From NCBI GenBank assembly GCA_040386155.1, contig JAZKFZ010000003.1, positions 550,815 to 614,814 of the forward strand: 64,000 bases of DNA, in the 5' to 3' direction. Made by a program: the position numbers and the translations under genes. Positions 18,270-27,988 of the stretch are shown here, one piece after another; position 1 is the stretch's first letter; every line of letters starts with the position of its first letter. This DNA comes from Bacteroidota bacterium (GTDB taxonomy: Bacteria > Bacteroidota > Bacteroidia > Flavobacteriales_D > Crocinitomicaceae). The notes under the pieces are model-generated. The model worked only from the letters and a program-made list of their open reading frames with translations. It ran no database searches and was not told where the DNA came from.

Positions 18270-18809
18270 ATGCCATCCATTCTATCTGCAATGAAGTTTA
18301 AATTCGTATTTTCGATCGCATTTATTTTAGTATTTTCGACTAGTTCTATAAGCACACTAAAGATGTCTACAAATAACTTACAAGTACTTGAGGGGAAATG
18401 GCATGTTGTCTTAACAAATTTTCCGCTTTGGTTAAAAGGCAATAAAATAAACCCAACATTCAATTATAAGGTGGCTGAGAAAAACAATACCATCGGATTG
18501 ATTGATGTTGTAGAATATACTCAGAATAACAAAACAAAATCAATCAAGGGCTTTGATAAACCTACCAACGAAGAAAATACTACTTTTAAGTGGCGAGGCA
18601 AAGGACTTCTTTCTATAGCATCCAGCAAATGGGGTATCTTACATCATGAAAGAGCTGAAAAATGGGCCATTATCTATTTTGAAAAAACAGTCTTCACTCC
18701 GAAAGGATACGATGTCATCTGTCGTGAGAAACAGCCTTCTGAAGCAATTATGAAGCACATCAAGGAAAAATTAATCGAATTGAAAATTGAAGATTTGACA
18801 AGATTATAA
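18270..18809 (+). CDS. Hypothetical secreted protein (possibly a lipocalin-like fold)
   Basis: A signal-like segment MKFKFVFSIAFILVFSTSS follows an alternative start at 18294. A TATCTTTG -7 box lies at 18236-18243. The family assignment is weak. Confidence 0.55.
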   Translation: MPSILSAMKFKFVFSIAFILVFSTSSISTLKMSTNNLQVLEGKWHVVLTNFPLWLKGNKINPTFNYKVAEKNNTIGLIDVVEYTQNNKTKSIKGFDKPTNEENTTFKWRGKGLLSIASSKWGILHHERAEKWAIIYFEKTVFTPKGYDVICREKQPSEAIMKHIKEKLIELKIEDLTRL

Positions 18810-18932
18810 ATTATTTTTAACGCTTGTAGCAAGATGATCAATATTAAAGATCGATTCTGAGCTCTAATCTGACACAACTAAACAACAACAACAACGAATA
18901 AATTACCAACATCCAAGTAAAAAACCATTTCA

Positions 18933-20249
18933 ATGAACGATATCATTTGTCCCAATTGCAACAAGGCTTTCAAAATAGATGAAGCAAATTTCGCTTCGAT
19001 CTTAAAGCAAGTGCGCGACCATCAATTTGAAGAAGAATTGCAAAAACGTATTGGACAAGCTGAAAACGAGAAAAAATCTGCAGTACAATTGGCAGAAGCG
19101 AATTTAAAAGCTTCTTTTCAGGATTTGATTACACAAAAAGAGTTACAGATTAGCGAACTCAGTTCAAAAAGTCGAGAAGAATTGCGTGAGCAGTTGATTA
19201 AAAATCAAAAAGAGGCTGACGATAAAATTTCCCAAAAAGAGGCAGAACTAATTGCGTTGAAAGCAAAGCTTGATAATCTTGATGTTGAAAAGAGATTAGC
19301 AATAACCGAAGCCGTTACGAAACTTGAAAAAGAACGCGATCAATTAGCAAACGAAATCAAAAACAAGGAGTTAGAAAGTAAAAATCTTGAACACAATTTA
19401 AAACAACAATTCACTTCTGAACTGCAGAACAAAGAGGCGATTATCAAATATAAGGATGAAGAAATTGCGCGTGTCAGGGAAATGAAGTCGAAGCTTTCTA
19501 CGAAAATGGTTGGTGAAACCTTGGAACAACATTGCGAAATTGAATTCAATCGTTTACGTGCCACCGCCTTTCAAAATGCCTACTTCGAAAAAGATAACGA
19601 TGCAAGAAGTGGCAGTAAAGGTGATTTTATTTATCGTGAGAATGACGAACACGGTACTGAAATCATCTCCATCATGTTCGAAATGAAAAATGAAAATGAT
19701 GAAACAGCGACAAAAAAGCGCAACGAAGATTTCTTTAAAGAATTAGACAAAGATCGGATCGAAAAAAAATGTGAATACGCTGTATTAGTGACTTTGCTTG
19801 AAGCTGATAACGAATTGTACAATACTGGAATTGTGGATGTTGGCTACCGTTTTCCAAAAATGTATGTGGTGCGACCACAGTTTTTCATCCCTATCATTAC
19901 CCTACTTCGCAATGCAGCGATGAATTCGATGCAGTACAAGGCCGAGCTGGCACTGATGAAAAATCAAAGTGTCGATATCACTAATTTCGAAAATGAAATC
20001 TCTGCTTTTAAAGAAGGATTCGCACGCAATTATGATTTGGCAAGTCGAAAGTTTAAAACGGCAATTGACGAAATTGACAAAACAATTGATCATCTGCAAA
20101 AAACCAAAGAAGCCTTGCTCTCGTCAGAGAACAATCTTCGTTTAGCGAACAACAAAGCTGAAGAGCTGACGATTAAAAAGTTAACACGCAACAATCCCAC
20201 GATGATAGAGCGTTTTGATGATTTGAATAAGAATAAAAAACTCGATTAA
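18933..20249 (+). CDS. DUF2130-family protein: CxxC N-terminus, long coiled coil, C-terminal PD-(D/E)xK-like nuclease fold
   Basis: 438 aa with N-terminal CPNCNKAF and about 180 aa of heptad-like E/K/L-rich sequence. GDFIY...IMFEMKNE fits the D..ExK pattern. Confidence 0.75.
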   Translation: MNDIICPNCNKAFKIDEANFASILKQVRDHQFEEELQKRIGQAENEKKSAVQLAEANLKASFQDLITQKELQISELSSKSREELREQLIKNQKEADDKISQKEAELIALKAKLDNLDVEKRLAITEAVTKLEKERDQLANEIKNKELESKNLEHNLKQQFTSELQNKEAIIKYKDEEIARVREMKSKLSTKMVGETLEQHCEIEFNRLRATAFQNAYFEKDNDARSGSKGDFIYRENDEHGTEIISIMFEMKNENDETATKKRNEDFFKELDKDRIEKKCEYAVLVTLLEADNELYNTGIVDVGYRFPKMYVVRPQFFIPIITLLRNAAMNSMQYKAELALMKNQSVDITNFENEISAFKEGFARNYDLASRKFKTAIDEIDKTIDHLQKTKEALLSSENNLRLANNKAEELTIKKLTRNNPTMIERFDDLNKNKKLD

Positions 20250-21001
20250 ATCAATCCTGGCAATACGGCTTTTCGTTCCTTTGGATAGTCTTCAAATTTC
20301 TCCAAGTACCATTTGTGGTGAGAGATTGCGCGTGGCAACAAATTGGCTACTGTCCAGATAAAGAACGAAACACCCGGTAAGCTCCACATCAAAATCGCAA
20401 AACCTCCCCACTCTATTATTTCGCCCATTAAATTTGGACAACTCACATACTTGAATAATCCCTTTGTAGGAATTTTGTACCCAGTTTCTCCAGGTTTTCG
20501 AAGGTGAATCAGGATATTGTCTGATTGCCAATTGATAAACATTCCCAAAAGAAATACACTCAAGCCCACTATAAATTGGGGGGATGTCAACCATTTTTCA
20601 TCGTACGCAGCGAAATTCGCCATGTAGTAGCCCATGGAAAAACCATTCATTAAATTGAATCCCATAGCGGAAAACATAATCACCATTGGCATTTTCTTAC
20701 CGTTTGTCTTGATGCGTAAAGGAAAAATAATACTTCTGTTGATGTAATGAAAGGCAAATAATCCGATGATGATCCAACTGGTGTTGGAGATGACATCCAA
20801 TTTTGGCCACAGGAAAAATCCCATCACCACCAAGACAAAAAATTCCATGAAAAACCATCCCAACTTATTATCAATGAGCGGTCCCCAAGTTGTTTTTGTA
20901 TGTCGACCATACGGCGCCGTGATGCGCAACAAAACGATAAATGTGATAATTCCGATGGCAACCCATGTCCAAACGAGATATGAAAATTGAATTTCTGTCA
21001 T
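20246..21001 (-). CDS. 3-oxo-5-alpha-steroid 4-dehydrogenase (steroid 5-alpha-reductase) family membrane protein
   Basis: 251 aa and polytopic. The conserved C-terminal region is CPNLMGEIIEWGGFA..HHKWYLEKFEDYPKERKAVLPGLI. Confidence 0.85.
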   Translation of the reverse strand: MTEIQFSYLVWTWVAIGIITFIVLLRITAPYGRHTKTTWGPLIDNKLGWFFMEFFVLVVMGFFLWPKLDVISNTSWIIIGLFAFHYINRSIIFPLRIKTNGKKMPMVIMFSAMGFNLMNGFSMGYYMANFAAYDEKWLTSPQFIVGLSVFLLGMFINWQSDNILIHLRKPGETGYKIPTKGLFKYVSCPNLMGEIIEWGGFAILMWSLPGVSFFIWTVANLLPRAISHHKWYLEKFEDYPKERKAVLPGLI

Positions 21002-21054
21002 GCCGTAAATGTACTATTTCATTTGAAATATTTAATCGGTATCTTTGAACGATC

Positions 21055-21813
21055 ATGAAATCAATTGGAATTATTGGAGCTGGAAATGTCGCCCATCACC
21101 TTGCACTTGCACTTAAAAATGCGGGTCATAATATTTGCTGGGTGTATGGAAGAAATAATTTAGAAATCAAAACATTAGCTTCAATAGTTGGAAGTATTGC
21201 TAAAACTGAATTTCCCAGTTACGAACCTGACTTAGTGTTGTTGTGTGTAAGCGATGACGCAATTGCATCCTTGCTAAATGAAGTACCGAACAATTGGAAT
21301 GTAGCCTATACTTCTGGCACCGTTGAAATTGTTGATTTAAAATCGGGACATGAAAATCTAGGTGTTTTCTATCCACTTCAATCGTTCAGTAAAAATAGAT
21401 TCGTCGCACTACAAGAAGTCCCTTTTTTAATTGAAGGCAACAATTTTCAAATCGCTCAGGAACTACATGATTTGGCAAGCACCATCTCAAATTCGGTTCA
21501 ATTTGTGAGCAGCAAGGATCGAAAAAGTATTCATTTAGCAGCTGTTTTTTGCAATAATTTTGTGAATCATTTGCTTTATCAAGCAGAGAAAATCGCTGAA
21601 GAACAAGAAGTCGATTTCAAGTTACTGCAACCACTACTCTTTGAAACCATCAAAAAAGCGATGGATCTTGGTCCACTCAATGCGCAAACTGGTCCCGCAA
21701 AGCGACACGATCTGCAGACAATCGAGAAACAAACAGCCATGCTCGAAGGAATGTCTCAAGCAATTTACCAAACAATGACAAAAAGTATCTTAGAAACTTA
21801 TATAAATGCTTAG
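21055..21813 (+). CDS. Rossmann-fold NAD(P)-binding protein, DUF2520/ProC-like
   Basis: N-terminal IGIIGAGNVAHHLALALKNAGH dinucleotide-binding motif. 252 aa. Confidence 0.7.
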   Translation: MKSIGIIGAGNVAHHLALALKNAGHNICWVYGRNNLEIKTLASIVGSIAKTEFPSYEPDLVLLCVSDDAIASLLNEVPNNWNVAYTSGTVEIVDLKSGHENLGVFYPLQSFSKNRFVALQEVPFLIEGNNFQIAQELHDLASTISNSVQFVSSKDRKSIHLAAVFCNNFVNHLLYQAEKIAEEQEVDFKLLQPLLFETIKKAMDLGPLNAQTGPAKRHDLQTIEKQTAMLEGMSQAIYQTMTKSILETYINA

Positions 21814-22324
21814 TTACAAAGAAAAATTAAACGACATCACCACTTTCATTTTTGATGTTGACGGTGTATTGACCACAGGAGAAGTACAATTAACGAGTGG
21901 CGATTTAGTCCGCACGCTCAACTCAAAAGACGGTTACGCATTGCAATTGGCAGCAAAACTTGGGTATAAAATCTTCATTATCACGGGTGGAAAATCAGAA
22001 GCTGTGAAATCGAGTTTGCTTGGATTAGGCATTACCGAGGTACATTTAAGTTCTTCTAACAAAGTTAAGGTGTTTGAAGACATCACCCATCGACATGGCA
22101 TTAGCGCCAAAGAAGTATTGTACATGGGCGATGATATTCCAGACATTCCACTTTTGAAATTAGTAGGTCTCGCTGCTTGTCCACAAGATGCTGCGGTGGA
22201 CGTTAAATCCAACTGCGACTACCAATCGCCATTCAATGGAGGAAAAAACTGTGTACGCGATGTTATAGAGCAAGTCTTGCGACTCAACGGACAATGGCTA
22301 AGTGCAGCTGCTTTTGAGTGGTAA
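21806..22324 (+). CDS. kdsC: KDO 8-phosphate phosphatase (HAD-IIIA)
   Basis: 172 aa with HAD motif I FIFDVDGVLT and motif III YMGDDIPD. It overlaps the upstream gene by 8 nt. Confidence 0.85.
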   Translation: MLSYKEKLNDITTFIFDVDGVLTTGEVQLTSGDLVRTLNSKDGYALQLAAKLGYKIFIITGGKSEAVKSSLLGLGITEVHLSSSNKVKVFEDITHRHGISAKEVLYMGDDIPDIPLLKLVGLAACPQDAAVDVKSNCDYQSPFNGGKNCVRDVIEQVLRLNGQWLSAAAFEW

Positions 22325-23803
22325 CTAATTCTTGATAATTCGAACAGTTGACCGCTCTTCTGTCTCAGTTTGCAATGTCACCAAATAAATCCCCGAATTC
22401 CATTCTACAAAAGAAATAGTTGCGCTATCGTTGATGAAGCTGGAAAACAATTCTTTTCCTTGCACATCTTTAATTGTAACAAGTGTTTTGGAGGTCAAAC
22501 CGTCGATTGTTAAACTTGTGATCACAGGATTAGGATACAATTTAACAGCAACATCCTCTAAATTTATTACTTCCACTAAACTTTGCACGGACGCTAAATT
22601 AATTGTTGGCAGATCGTCATTTGGACCCACTTTCAACACATACACCGCCGCTCCGCCATTCGTTTGGGAAGGAGTTGTACCTGTTGCAACCCATCCACCA
22701 TCAGAAGTTGGAATAATTTCACCAAATGCATCATCTAAGGGAAAACCAAGCGTTACTGTTGGAATATTAGAAGTCGACCATTCGAAATCCAGGTTGTTTT
22801 CATAGCGCATGTAACTCAAATCGTACGAGTTCTCCGCAGAAAAGTTGTTGTTGAAATGACGCACCACGTATGATTTTGAGCTATCTCCGTATAAAACTGC
22901 TCCCAAGGCTTCGCGTTCACCCTCTTCTGGTGACTCAAAGTCCCAAGAATAGGGCGATCCATCGGTATTAATGCGCAAGAAAAATTCATCTTTATCCTGG
23001 TAGGTTTCATTCCAATTTCCACCAGAAGCAAAAATATGATTTTGGTAAATATAGAAATCGTTCAACCAGTACTTTCCATTTGCGCCGTATTGCTTTTCCC
23101 AAGCTACTACCCCATTAAAATCAAATTTAGTCACGTAGCATTTCGTCATCGAAGAATCAGCATTGTACACAGCCCCTACCGAAAGGAAGGAATTATTGTC
23201 CAGGGGCTCAATTGCCTTCAAATAATCATCACCACTTGTTCCCCAATTCTTTGTCCACAAAGTGTCACCATTCACATCCATTTTCACCAAAAGAAAATTA
23301 GAGTTTAAGTTCGCTGTATTTGTGGTTTCACCCACCAAGTAAAGCATTGAATCGCCCATAATTTTGGCGTCATTGATTCGCTCCCAATTATCCAAGGCAA
23401 TTACTTTCTTTTCAAGTTGCACACCATTGGAATCTGTCTTCACGAATAAAATATCGAATCCGTTTCCTGTTGACGATTGTGTGTAGCCAATAATGAAAAA
23501 GATAGAATCATTGAAAGCTGAAAGTACTCTCTTTCCACCGTCACCCTCTTCATAGCCATAATCTTTCGCCCAGATATGATTTCCATTTTTGTCGATCTTC
23601 ATTAAAAAAGCTTGCGATGGCGCATCCATGAATGAACTAGAAGAACCAGTTACCATGTAAGAGCTATCTTTCAATTGAATAATTCCTTGCCCGTAATCGT
23701 AGGCATTATCATCGTAGATTTTAAAGAATTTCCCTTGACCAAACAAAGTGATTCCGTTCAGTACTACTAATGAAATAAGCATTAAATTTTTCATATTCTC
23801 CAA
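22325..23803 (-). CDS. Secreted beta-propeller-like protein with a T9SS type A C-terminal sorting domain
   Basis: Signal peptide, repeated ..K.D.NG...W.K.. blades, and a C-terminal VKLYPNPVITSLTIDGL...GIYLVTLQTE..RIIKN typical of the Por secretion tail. Confidence 0.85.
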   Translation of the reverse strand: MENMKNLMLISLVVLNGITLFGQGKFFKIYDDNAYDYGQGIIQLKDSSYMVTGSSSSFMDAPSQAFLMKIDKNGNHIWAKDYGYEEGDGGKRVLSAFNDSIFFIIGYTQSSTGNGFDILFVKTDSNGVQLEKKVIALDNWERINDAKIMGDSMLYLVGETTNTANLNSNFLLVKMDVNGDTLWTKNWGTSGDDYLKAIEPLDNNSFLSVGAVYNADSSMTKCYVTKFDFNGVVAWEKQYGANGKYWLNDFYIYQNHIFASGGNWNETYQDKDEFFLRINTDGSPYSWDFESPEEGEREALGAVLYGDSSKSYVVRHFNNNFSAENSYDLSYMRYENNLDFEWSTSNIPTVTLGFPLDDAFGEIIPTSDGGWVATGTTPSQTNGGAAVYVLKVGPNDDLPTINLASVQSLVEVINLEDVAVKLYPNPVITSLTIDGLTSKTLVTIKDVQGKELFSSFINDSATISFVEWNSGIYLVTLQTETEERSTVRIIKN

Positions 23804-25011
23804 CTTAAACGCAATGCAGCGGATTTACCAAAACCATTTTTGCTAAACAATCCAATCAAATTCTCTGTTGAAAGTCCAACACTCATCGACTTAACATTCC
23901 CAGCGAGATACAGACCACATCTAAAATTCGTAAATCCACCATACGCTGCGCTTGCGCCAACACTCAACTGCTTGATAGGTTTGTAGTTTACACCAGCATA
24001 AATTTGTGGTATAAAATATAGCGTAGGAAACAGTCGCACACCATAAAATGCTTGCACTTTATTCGTGTTTAAATCGTCAATGATTTTGCCAAATTGAACA
24101 AAAACGGGAAGCAGTTGAAATGAAGATTTATCTTCCGAACGAATATTCAAAGTATCTAATATCGAAAAATTCGAATCGATAATACTCGCATTTCCAATAA
24201 GTTGATCAAACGTAAACCCTTTAAAAATCAAGGAAGAGTCTGCTTCATACACCGTAGACGAAGGAATAAACACACCACCTAAGTTTTTAATTGAAAACTG
24301 AAAAAAGGAAACATTGTTTTTCATAATTTGGATCGGTACCCTAAAATCAGCATCGATGCCAAAGCCCAAACCTGGACGATTAAATCCGCCATTCTTGTAA
24401 GACGCTACACCATCATAAATGAAAAGCATTGAATCTACATCTGCATTCTGATAAATGCTCACATCTCTCATATTAGCGCCAAGTGAACTGTTCGCTGTCA
24501 CAAAATTTACTGCAATAGTTGATTTTGATTTTTTATCAATGACCCCAAATCCAATTTTCTGAAATGACATCATCGACGCTCTAGTTCCAGTAAAATCGGC
24601 GTTACTACCAACGTACTGCTCGTTCCCGTAAAAAGCAAATCCAAAAACATCTTTACTATAAATCATTCCACCTTGTGCATACGCGCCAGCACGAATCAAC
24701 CAACCATATCGCTCTTTACCGAATAAATTACTTGCATAATTTCTGTATTCAATTTCGCCATGCAAATCAGCTCCCACTCTATTAATCCCCTTGTGTTTAT
24801 TCCACGCAAAATCTTTGATTTCGTTCGATATAAATCCACCTCTAATTAATTTAGATTGAAAATCGTTTTGAATTGCTGTGGCCCCATAATCAAATGAACC
24901 CTTGAGAATGACCTCTTGCTTTCGAATAATAGTGTCGTAATTCTCAGGTATGGAAAATTGACCGAAAGCTGAAAATGAAACGAGCGAAACTAGGATTAAT
25001 AACTGTTTCAT
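23791..25011 (-). CDS. Hypothetical outer-membrane beta-barrel-like protein (possibly DUF5723-type)
   Basis: Signal peptide MKQLLILVSLVSFSAFGQ, alternating aromatic/Gly-rich strands, and a C-terminal ..AALRLSWRI. It overlaps both neighbours (4 and 13 nt), suggesting an operon. Confidence 0.65.
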   Translation of the reverse strand: MKQLLILVSLVSFSAFGQFSIPENYDTIIRKQEVILKGSFDYGATAIQNDFQSKLIRGGFISNEIKDFAWNKHKGINRVGADLHGEIEYRNYASNLFGKERYGWLIRAGAYAQGGMIYSKDVFGFAFYGNEQYVGSNADFTGTRASMMSFQKIGFGVIDKKSKSTIAVNFVTANSSLGANMRDVSIYQNADVDSMLFIYDGVASYKNGGFNRPGLGFGIDADFRVPIQIMKNNVSFFQFSIKNLGGVFIPSSTVYEADSSLIFKGFTFDQLIGNASIIDSNFSILDTLNIRSEDKSSFQLLPVFVQFGKIIDDLNTNKVQAFYGVRLFPTLYFIPQIYAGVNYKPIKQLSVGASAAYGGFTNFRCGLYLAGNVKSMSVGLSTENLIGLFSKNGFGKSAALRLSWRI

Positions 25012-26612
25012 AGATTGACATTTAATTTAAATCCAGCTTTCAATTTCAATCCTAAAAATGCTCCACCGGGAATTGCAACCGCTTCACTGATTCCAGTACC
25101 CACATTAGGAGAATTCAATCGAACACGTACAAGTACATTTTTAATCAAGGCCAAGTCGCTTAATACAGTTTCGCTGATAACAACTTCTAGCTCGTCTTTC
25201 ATTCGCCAAAGTCCATCAGTTCCAAGTAATCCATACACTGAAGATTGAATTTGCTCGTTGGCAACAACAGTGTGTAAAACAGCGCCGTATTCATCTAAAA
25301 AACCGAACTCAATATCTCCACTGAATGGAAATGCATTCGTATAATTTAAACTTAGTTTCCCACTGACAATCTGCGCAGCTTTCTCTTCCTGATTAATGTT
25401 TAATTCAAAAGTGTCAACTAAAGTTAAGTCATTTGTTCCTAGCGATAAAGGTAATTCAGCATGAAGTTTAACTTTCAATCTACTATCTGGGAAAATTTCA
25501 TCATATCCGCCTGAGGTATTACCCCAAGGATTGAGTTGAATTTGATAGCCAATGGTATGTGTTTTTCCTAAATTTTCAAGGTAATTCTCCAAGTTACTAT
25601 TCCCTGGATTGAATTCAATTTGGGTGTTTGTATTCACTGTTGCTCCCCAAGTTCCAGTTGCGCCATTCAAGTAAAACGGAGCATTGATATTACTCGAAGA
25701 TAAAGCTACAGCGTTTCCAGCATTATTTGTGTTCTCCACTTTAGTCAAGATCGCTTTTGCTGCGAGTTTCATCCCATTTTCAATATCGAAACGCAATGAG
25801 GTTCCAGGTAAATCTGCGGTTCCAGATTCAATAGCATTTAAGAAATCAATGTTGGTGCTAAGCGTGTCAGATAAAATGGTATTTCCAAAATAACCCTTAG
25901 CGTAGTCCATTGAAATGTCGTTAATTTTTGCTTGAATTTTTATTAGTTGACTAGACGACAAAGTTACTGTTGGTCCTGTTGGTGATGATTGCACATTCAT
26001 TTGCGATTGCAACTTGTTGTAGGAATTTCCAAATTCACCTGTCAGGTCAATCCAATACCCACTAATGTCTAAAGTTGCTGTTGCGGTGCCATCTACTCCA
26101 CCTACATGAGCAGGCACAGAATAATTTTGATTAAAAACAACACCATCCTTAATAACACCGGGAAGTGTGACATCAAAATTCACATCTGTCACTAATGGAT
26201 TAAACACCGTTACCACAATTTGACCTGTTTTAACCCGAATCTTTTTCAATTCGATGCCATCTACATTCAAATCATGTTCCTCAATTTGATTGACAATTGT
26301 GTAGCCTGGAGGAACTGACAAACTACCTGATGAAAGGTTGAAATCTTGAATAATGGTGGTATCTTCGATAGAAATAATATCTGCCAATCCAAAATTTGCA
26401 ATGGTTCTTGTTAAATCTACTTCATAGTTCAATGTAGAGCTATTGATCACTAAAGTACTATCATTCTCGAGGTTCTCTAGCGAAAGCGTGTCGTTGAAAA
26501 TGGGCACCACCCAATCCGACTCCCAGCTTGTCTTTTCCTTTCTACACGAACTAAAGCCAAGGCTTATCAATCCAAAAAGTAGTAAAAGCGATTTCGTATT
26601 TTTCAAATTCAT
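25008..26612 (-). CDS. Hypothetical lipoprotein (534 aa)
   Basis: Lipobox LISLGFSSC. Thr/Asn/Ser-rich and predicted all-beta. First gene of the 26612-22325 overlapping trio. Confidence 0.65.
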   Translation of the reverse strand: MNLKNTKSLLLLFGLISLGFSSCRKEKTSWESDWVVPIFNDTLSLENLENDSTLVINSSTLNYEVDLTRTIANFGLADIISIEDTTIIQDFNLSSGSLSVPPGYTIVNQIEEHDLNVDGIELKKIRVKTGQIVVTVFNPLVTDVNFDVTLPGVIKDGVVFNQNYSVPAHVGGVDGTATATLDISGYWIDLTGEFGNSYNKLQSQMNVQSSPTGPTVTLSSSQLIKIQAKINDISMDYAKGYFGNTILSDTLSTNIDFLNAIESGTADLPGTSLRFDIENGMKLAAKAILTKVENTNNAGNAVALSSSNINAPFYLNGATGTWGATVNTNTQIEFNPGNSNLENYLENLGKTHTIGYQIQLNPWGNTSGGYDEIFPDSRLKVKLHAELPLSLGTNDLTLVDTFELNINQEEKAAQIVSGKLSLNYTNAFPFSGDIEFGFLDEYGAVLHTVVANEQIQSSVYGLLGTDGLWRMKDELEVVISETVLSDLALIKNVLVRVRLNSPNVGTGISEAVAIPGGAFLGLKLKAGFKLNVNL

Positions 26613-26648
26613 CAGTATTTAAACGTATCAAAAGATCAATTCGTTGGT

Positions 26649-27857
26649 TTAGGCACGCTCAATGATGGTAGCATAACCTTGTCCAACACCAATGCACATT
26701 GCTACCAAGGCATATCGTTTTCCAGTTCGTTGCAATTCTAATGCTGCAGTGTGTAAAATTCTAGCTCCCGACATGCCGAGTGGATGTCCAAGCGCAATAG
26801 CCCCACCATTGGGATTAATGCGAGGATCATTATCGGCCAATCCCATTTTTCTTGTACATGCTAACACTTGCGCAGCGAATGCCTCATTTAATTCCAAAAT
26901 ATCCATGTCTGCCAATGTCAAACCGGCTCTATCAAGTGCTTTCTGAGCGGCATAAACAGGACCGATCCCCATGATTCTAGGTTCAACACCTGCCACAGCA
27001 GCGCTTACAATGCGTGCTAAAGGTTTTAGACTATTTGCTTTAATGGCATCTTCTGATGCAATCAACAAAGCTGCTGCGCCATCATTCAACCCAGATGCAT
27101 TTCCTGCAGTAACAGTTCCATCCTTTTTGAAAGCGGGACGCAAACTACCTAAGGTTTCTATTGTTGTAGACGCACGAATAAATTCATCTTTCTTGAAAAT
27201 AATGGGCTCTCCCTTCTTTTGTGCGATTTCAAGTGCAACAATTTCTTGATCAAATTTTCCTGCTAATTGCGCTGCTACAGCTTTTTGTTGCGACCACGCC
27301 GCGAACTTATCTTGTGCTTCTCGTTCGATAGAATACATTTCTGCCAAATTCTCGGCTGTATTTCCCATTCCGTCAACGCCATACAATGCCTCCATTTTAG
27401 GATTGATGAAACGCCATCCGAAGGAAGAATCAAACATTTGCGCATCGCGACCAAAAGCTGAAGATGTTTTTGAAATTACCCAAGGACCTCTTGTCATGTG
27501 CTCTACTCCACCAGAAATGTAAATATCGCCAGCACCATTTTTAATTGCGCGAGCTGCATTAATTGTTGCTGCCATTCCAGAAGCACAAAGTCGATTTACT
27601 GTTTCTCCGCCAATAGAAAGTGGAAGTCCGGCCAAAAGTCCAGCCATTCTCGCCACATTTCGGTTATCTTCTCCAGCCTGATTGGCACAACCAAAGATGA
27701 TGTCTTCCACCAAGCCAGGATCAAGTGTAGCATTTTTATCCATCAGCGATTTCATCACGTGCGCAGCTAAATCATCCGCTCTAACTGGAGCAAGCGTTCC
27801 ACCAAAATTTCCAATCGCAGTGCGCACACCATCTACAATAAATACCTCTTTTGACAT
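26649..27857 (-). CDS. Acetyl-CoA C-acyltransferase (thiolase)
   Basis: Active-site blocks [18 protein letters not shown] and CIGVGQG. The likely start is [16 protein letters not shown] at 27857; the track start 27884 adds 9 aa. Confidence 0.92.
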   Translation of the reverse strand: MSKEVFIVDGVRTAIGNFGGTLAPVRADDLAAHVMKSLMDKNATLDPGLVEDIIFGCANQAGEDNRNVARMAGLLAGLPLSIGGETVNRLCASGMAATINAARAIKNGAGDIYISGGVEHMTRGPWVISKTSSAFGRDAQMFDSSFGWRFINPKMEALYGVDGMGNTAENLAEMYSIEREAQDKFAAWSQQKAVAAQLAGKFDQEIVALEIAQKKGEPIIFKKDEFIRASTTIETLGSLRPAFKKDGTVTAGNASGLNDGAAALLIASEDAIKANSLKPLARIVSAAVAGVEPRIMGIGPVYAAQKALDRAGLTLADMDILELNEAFAAQVLACTRKMGLADNDPRINPNGGAIALGHPLGMSGARILHTAALELQRTGKRYALVAMCIGVGQGYATIIERA

Positions 27858-27988
27858 TGACTCAATTTTTATCAAAGTTAGCAAAAGCGACCTACAATTA
27901 AGCGATCAAATCAAATAATCACAGTAAAAAGTTGAAAAGTCGTCAGGTGAGAAATAAATCGACAAAGGAATATGAATACATTTGTTGT

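Noticed and set aside
18881-18895. (AAC)5 microsatellite upstream of the DUF2130 gene as a phase-variation switch
   Set aside because: It has only five units, is non-coding, and lies about 40 nt upstream of the start with no obvious promoter-spacing role.
12204-20249. Integron integrase, tyrosine recombinase or transposase associated with the cassette-like array
   Set aside because: None of the ORFs here, or anywhere else in the window, shows recombinase or transposase motifs. A complete integron cannot be claimed, so only the attC-like element is reported as a hypothesis.
21040-21047. TATCTTTG as the promoter -7 box for 21055..21813
   Set aside because: It ends only 7 nt before the ATG, which would imply an essentially leaderless transcript. 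That is too uncertain to list as a feature.
22431-22805. Antisense and alternate-frame ORFs of 100 aa or more inside real genes (22431..22805, 9295..9606, 11191..11499, 34653..35063, 38895..39218, 40193..40615, 41041..41361, 41644..41961, 42463..42807, 51023..51325, 53509..53874)
   Set aside because: Each lies fully within a well-supported gene with recognisable family motifs. Their compositions are skewed (Cys/Arg/His/Phe-rich) and typical of shadow ORFs in AT-rich DNA.
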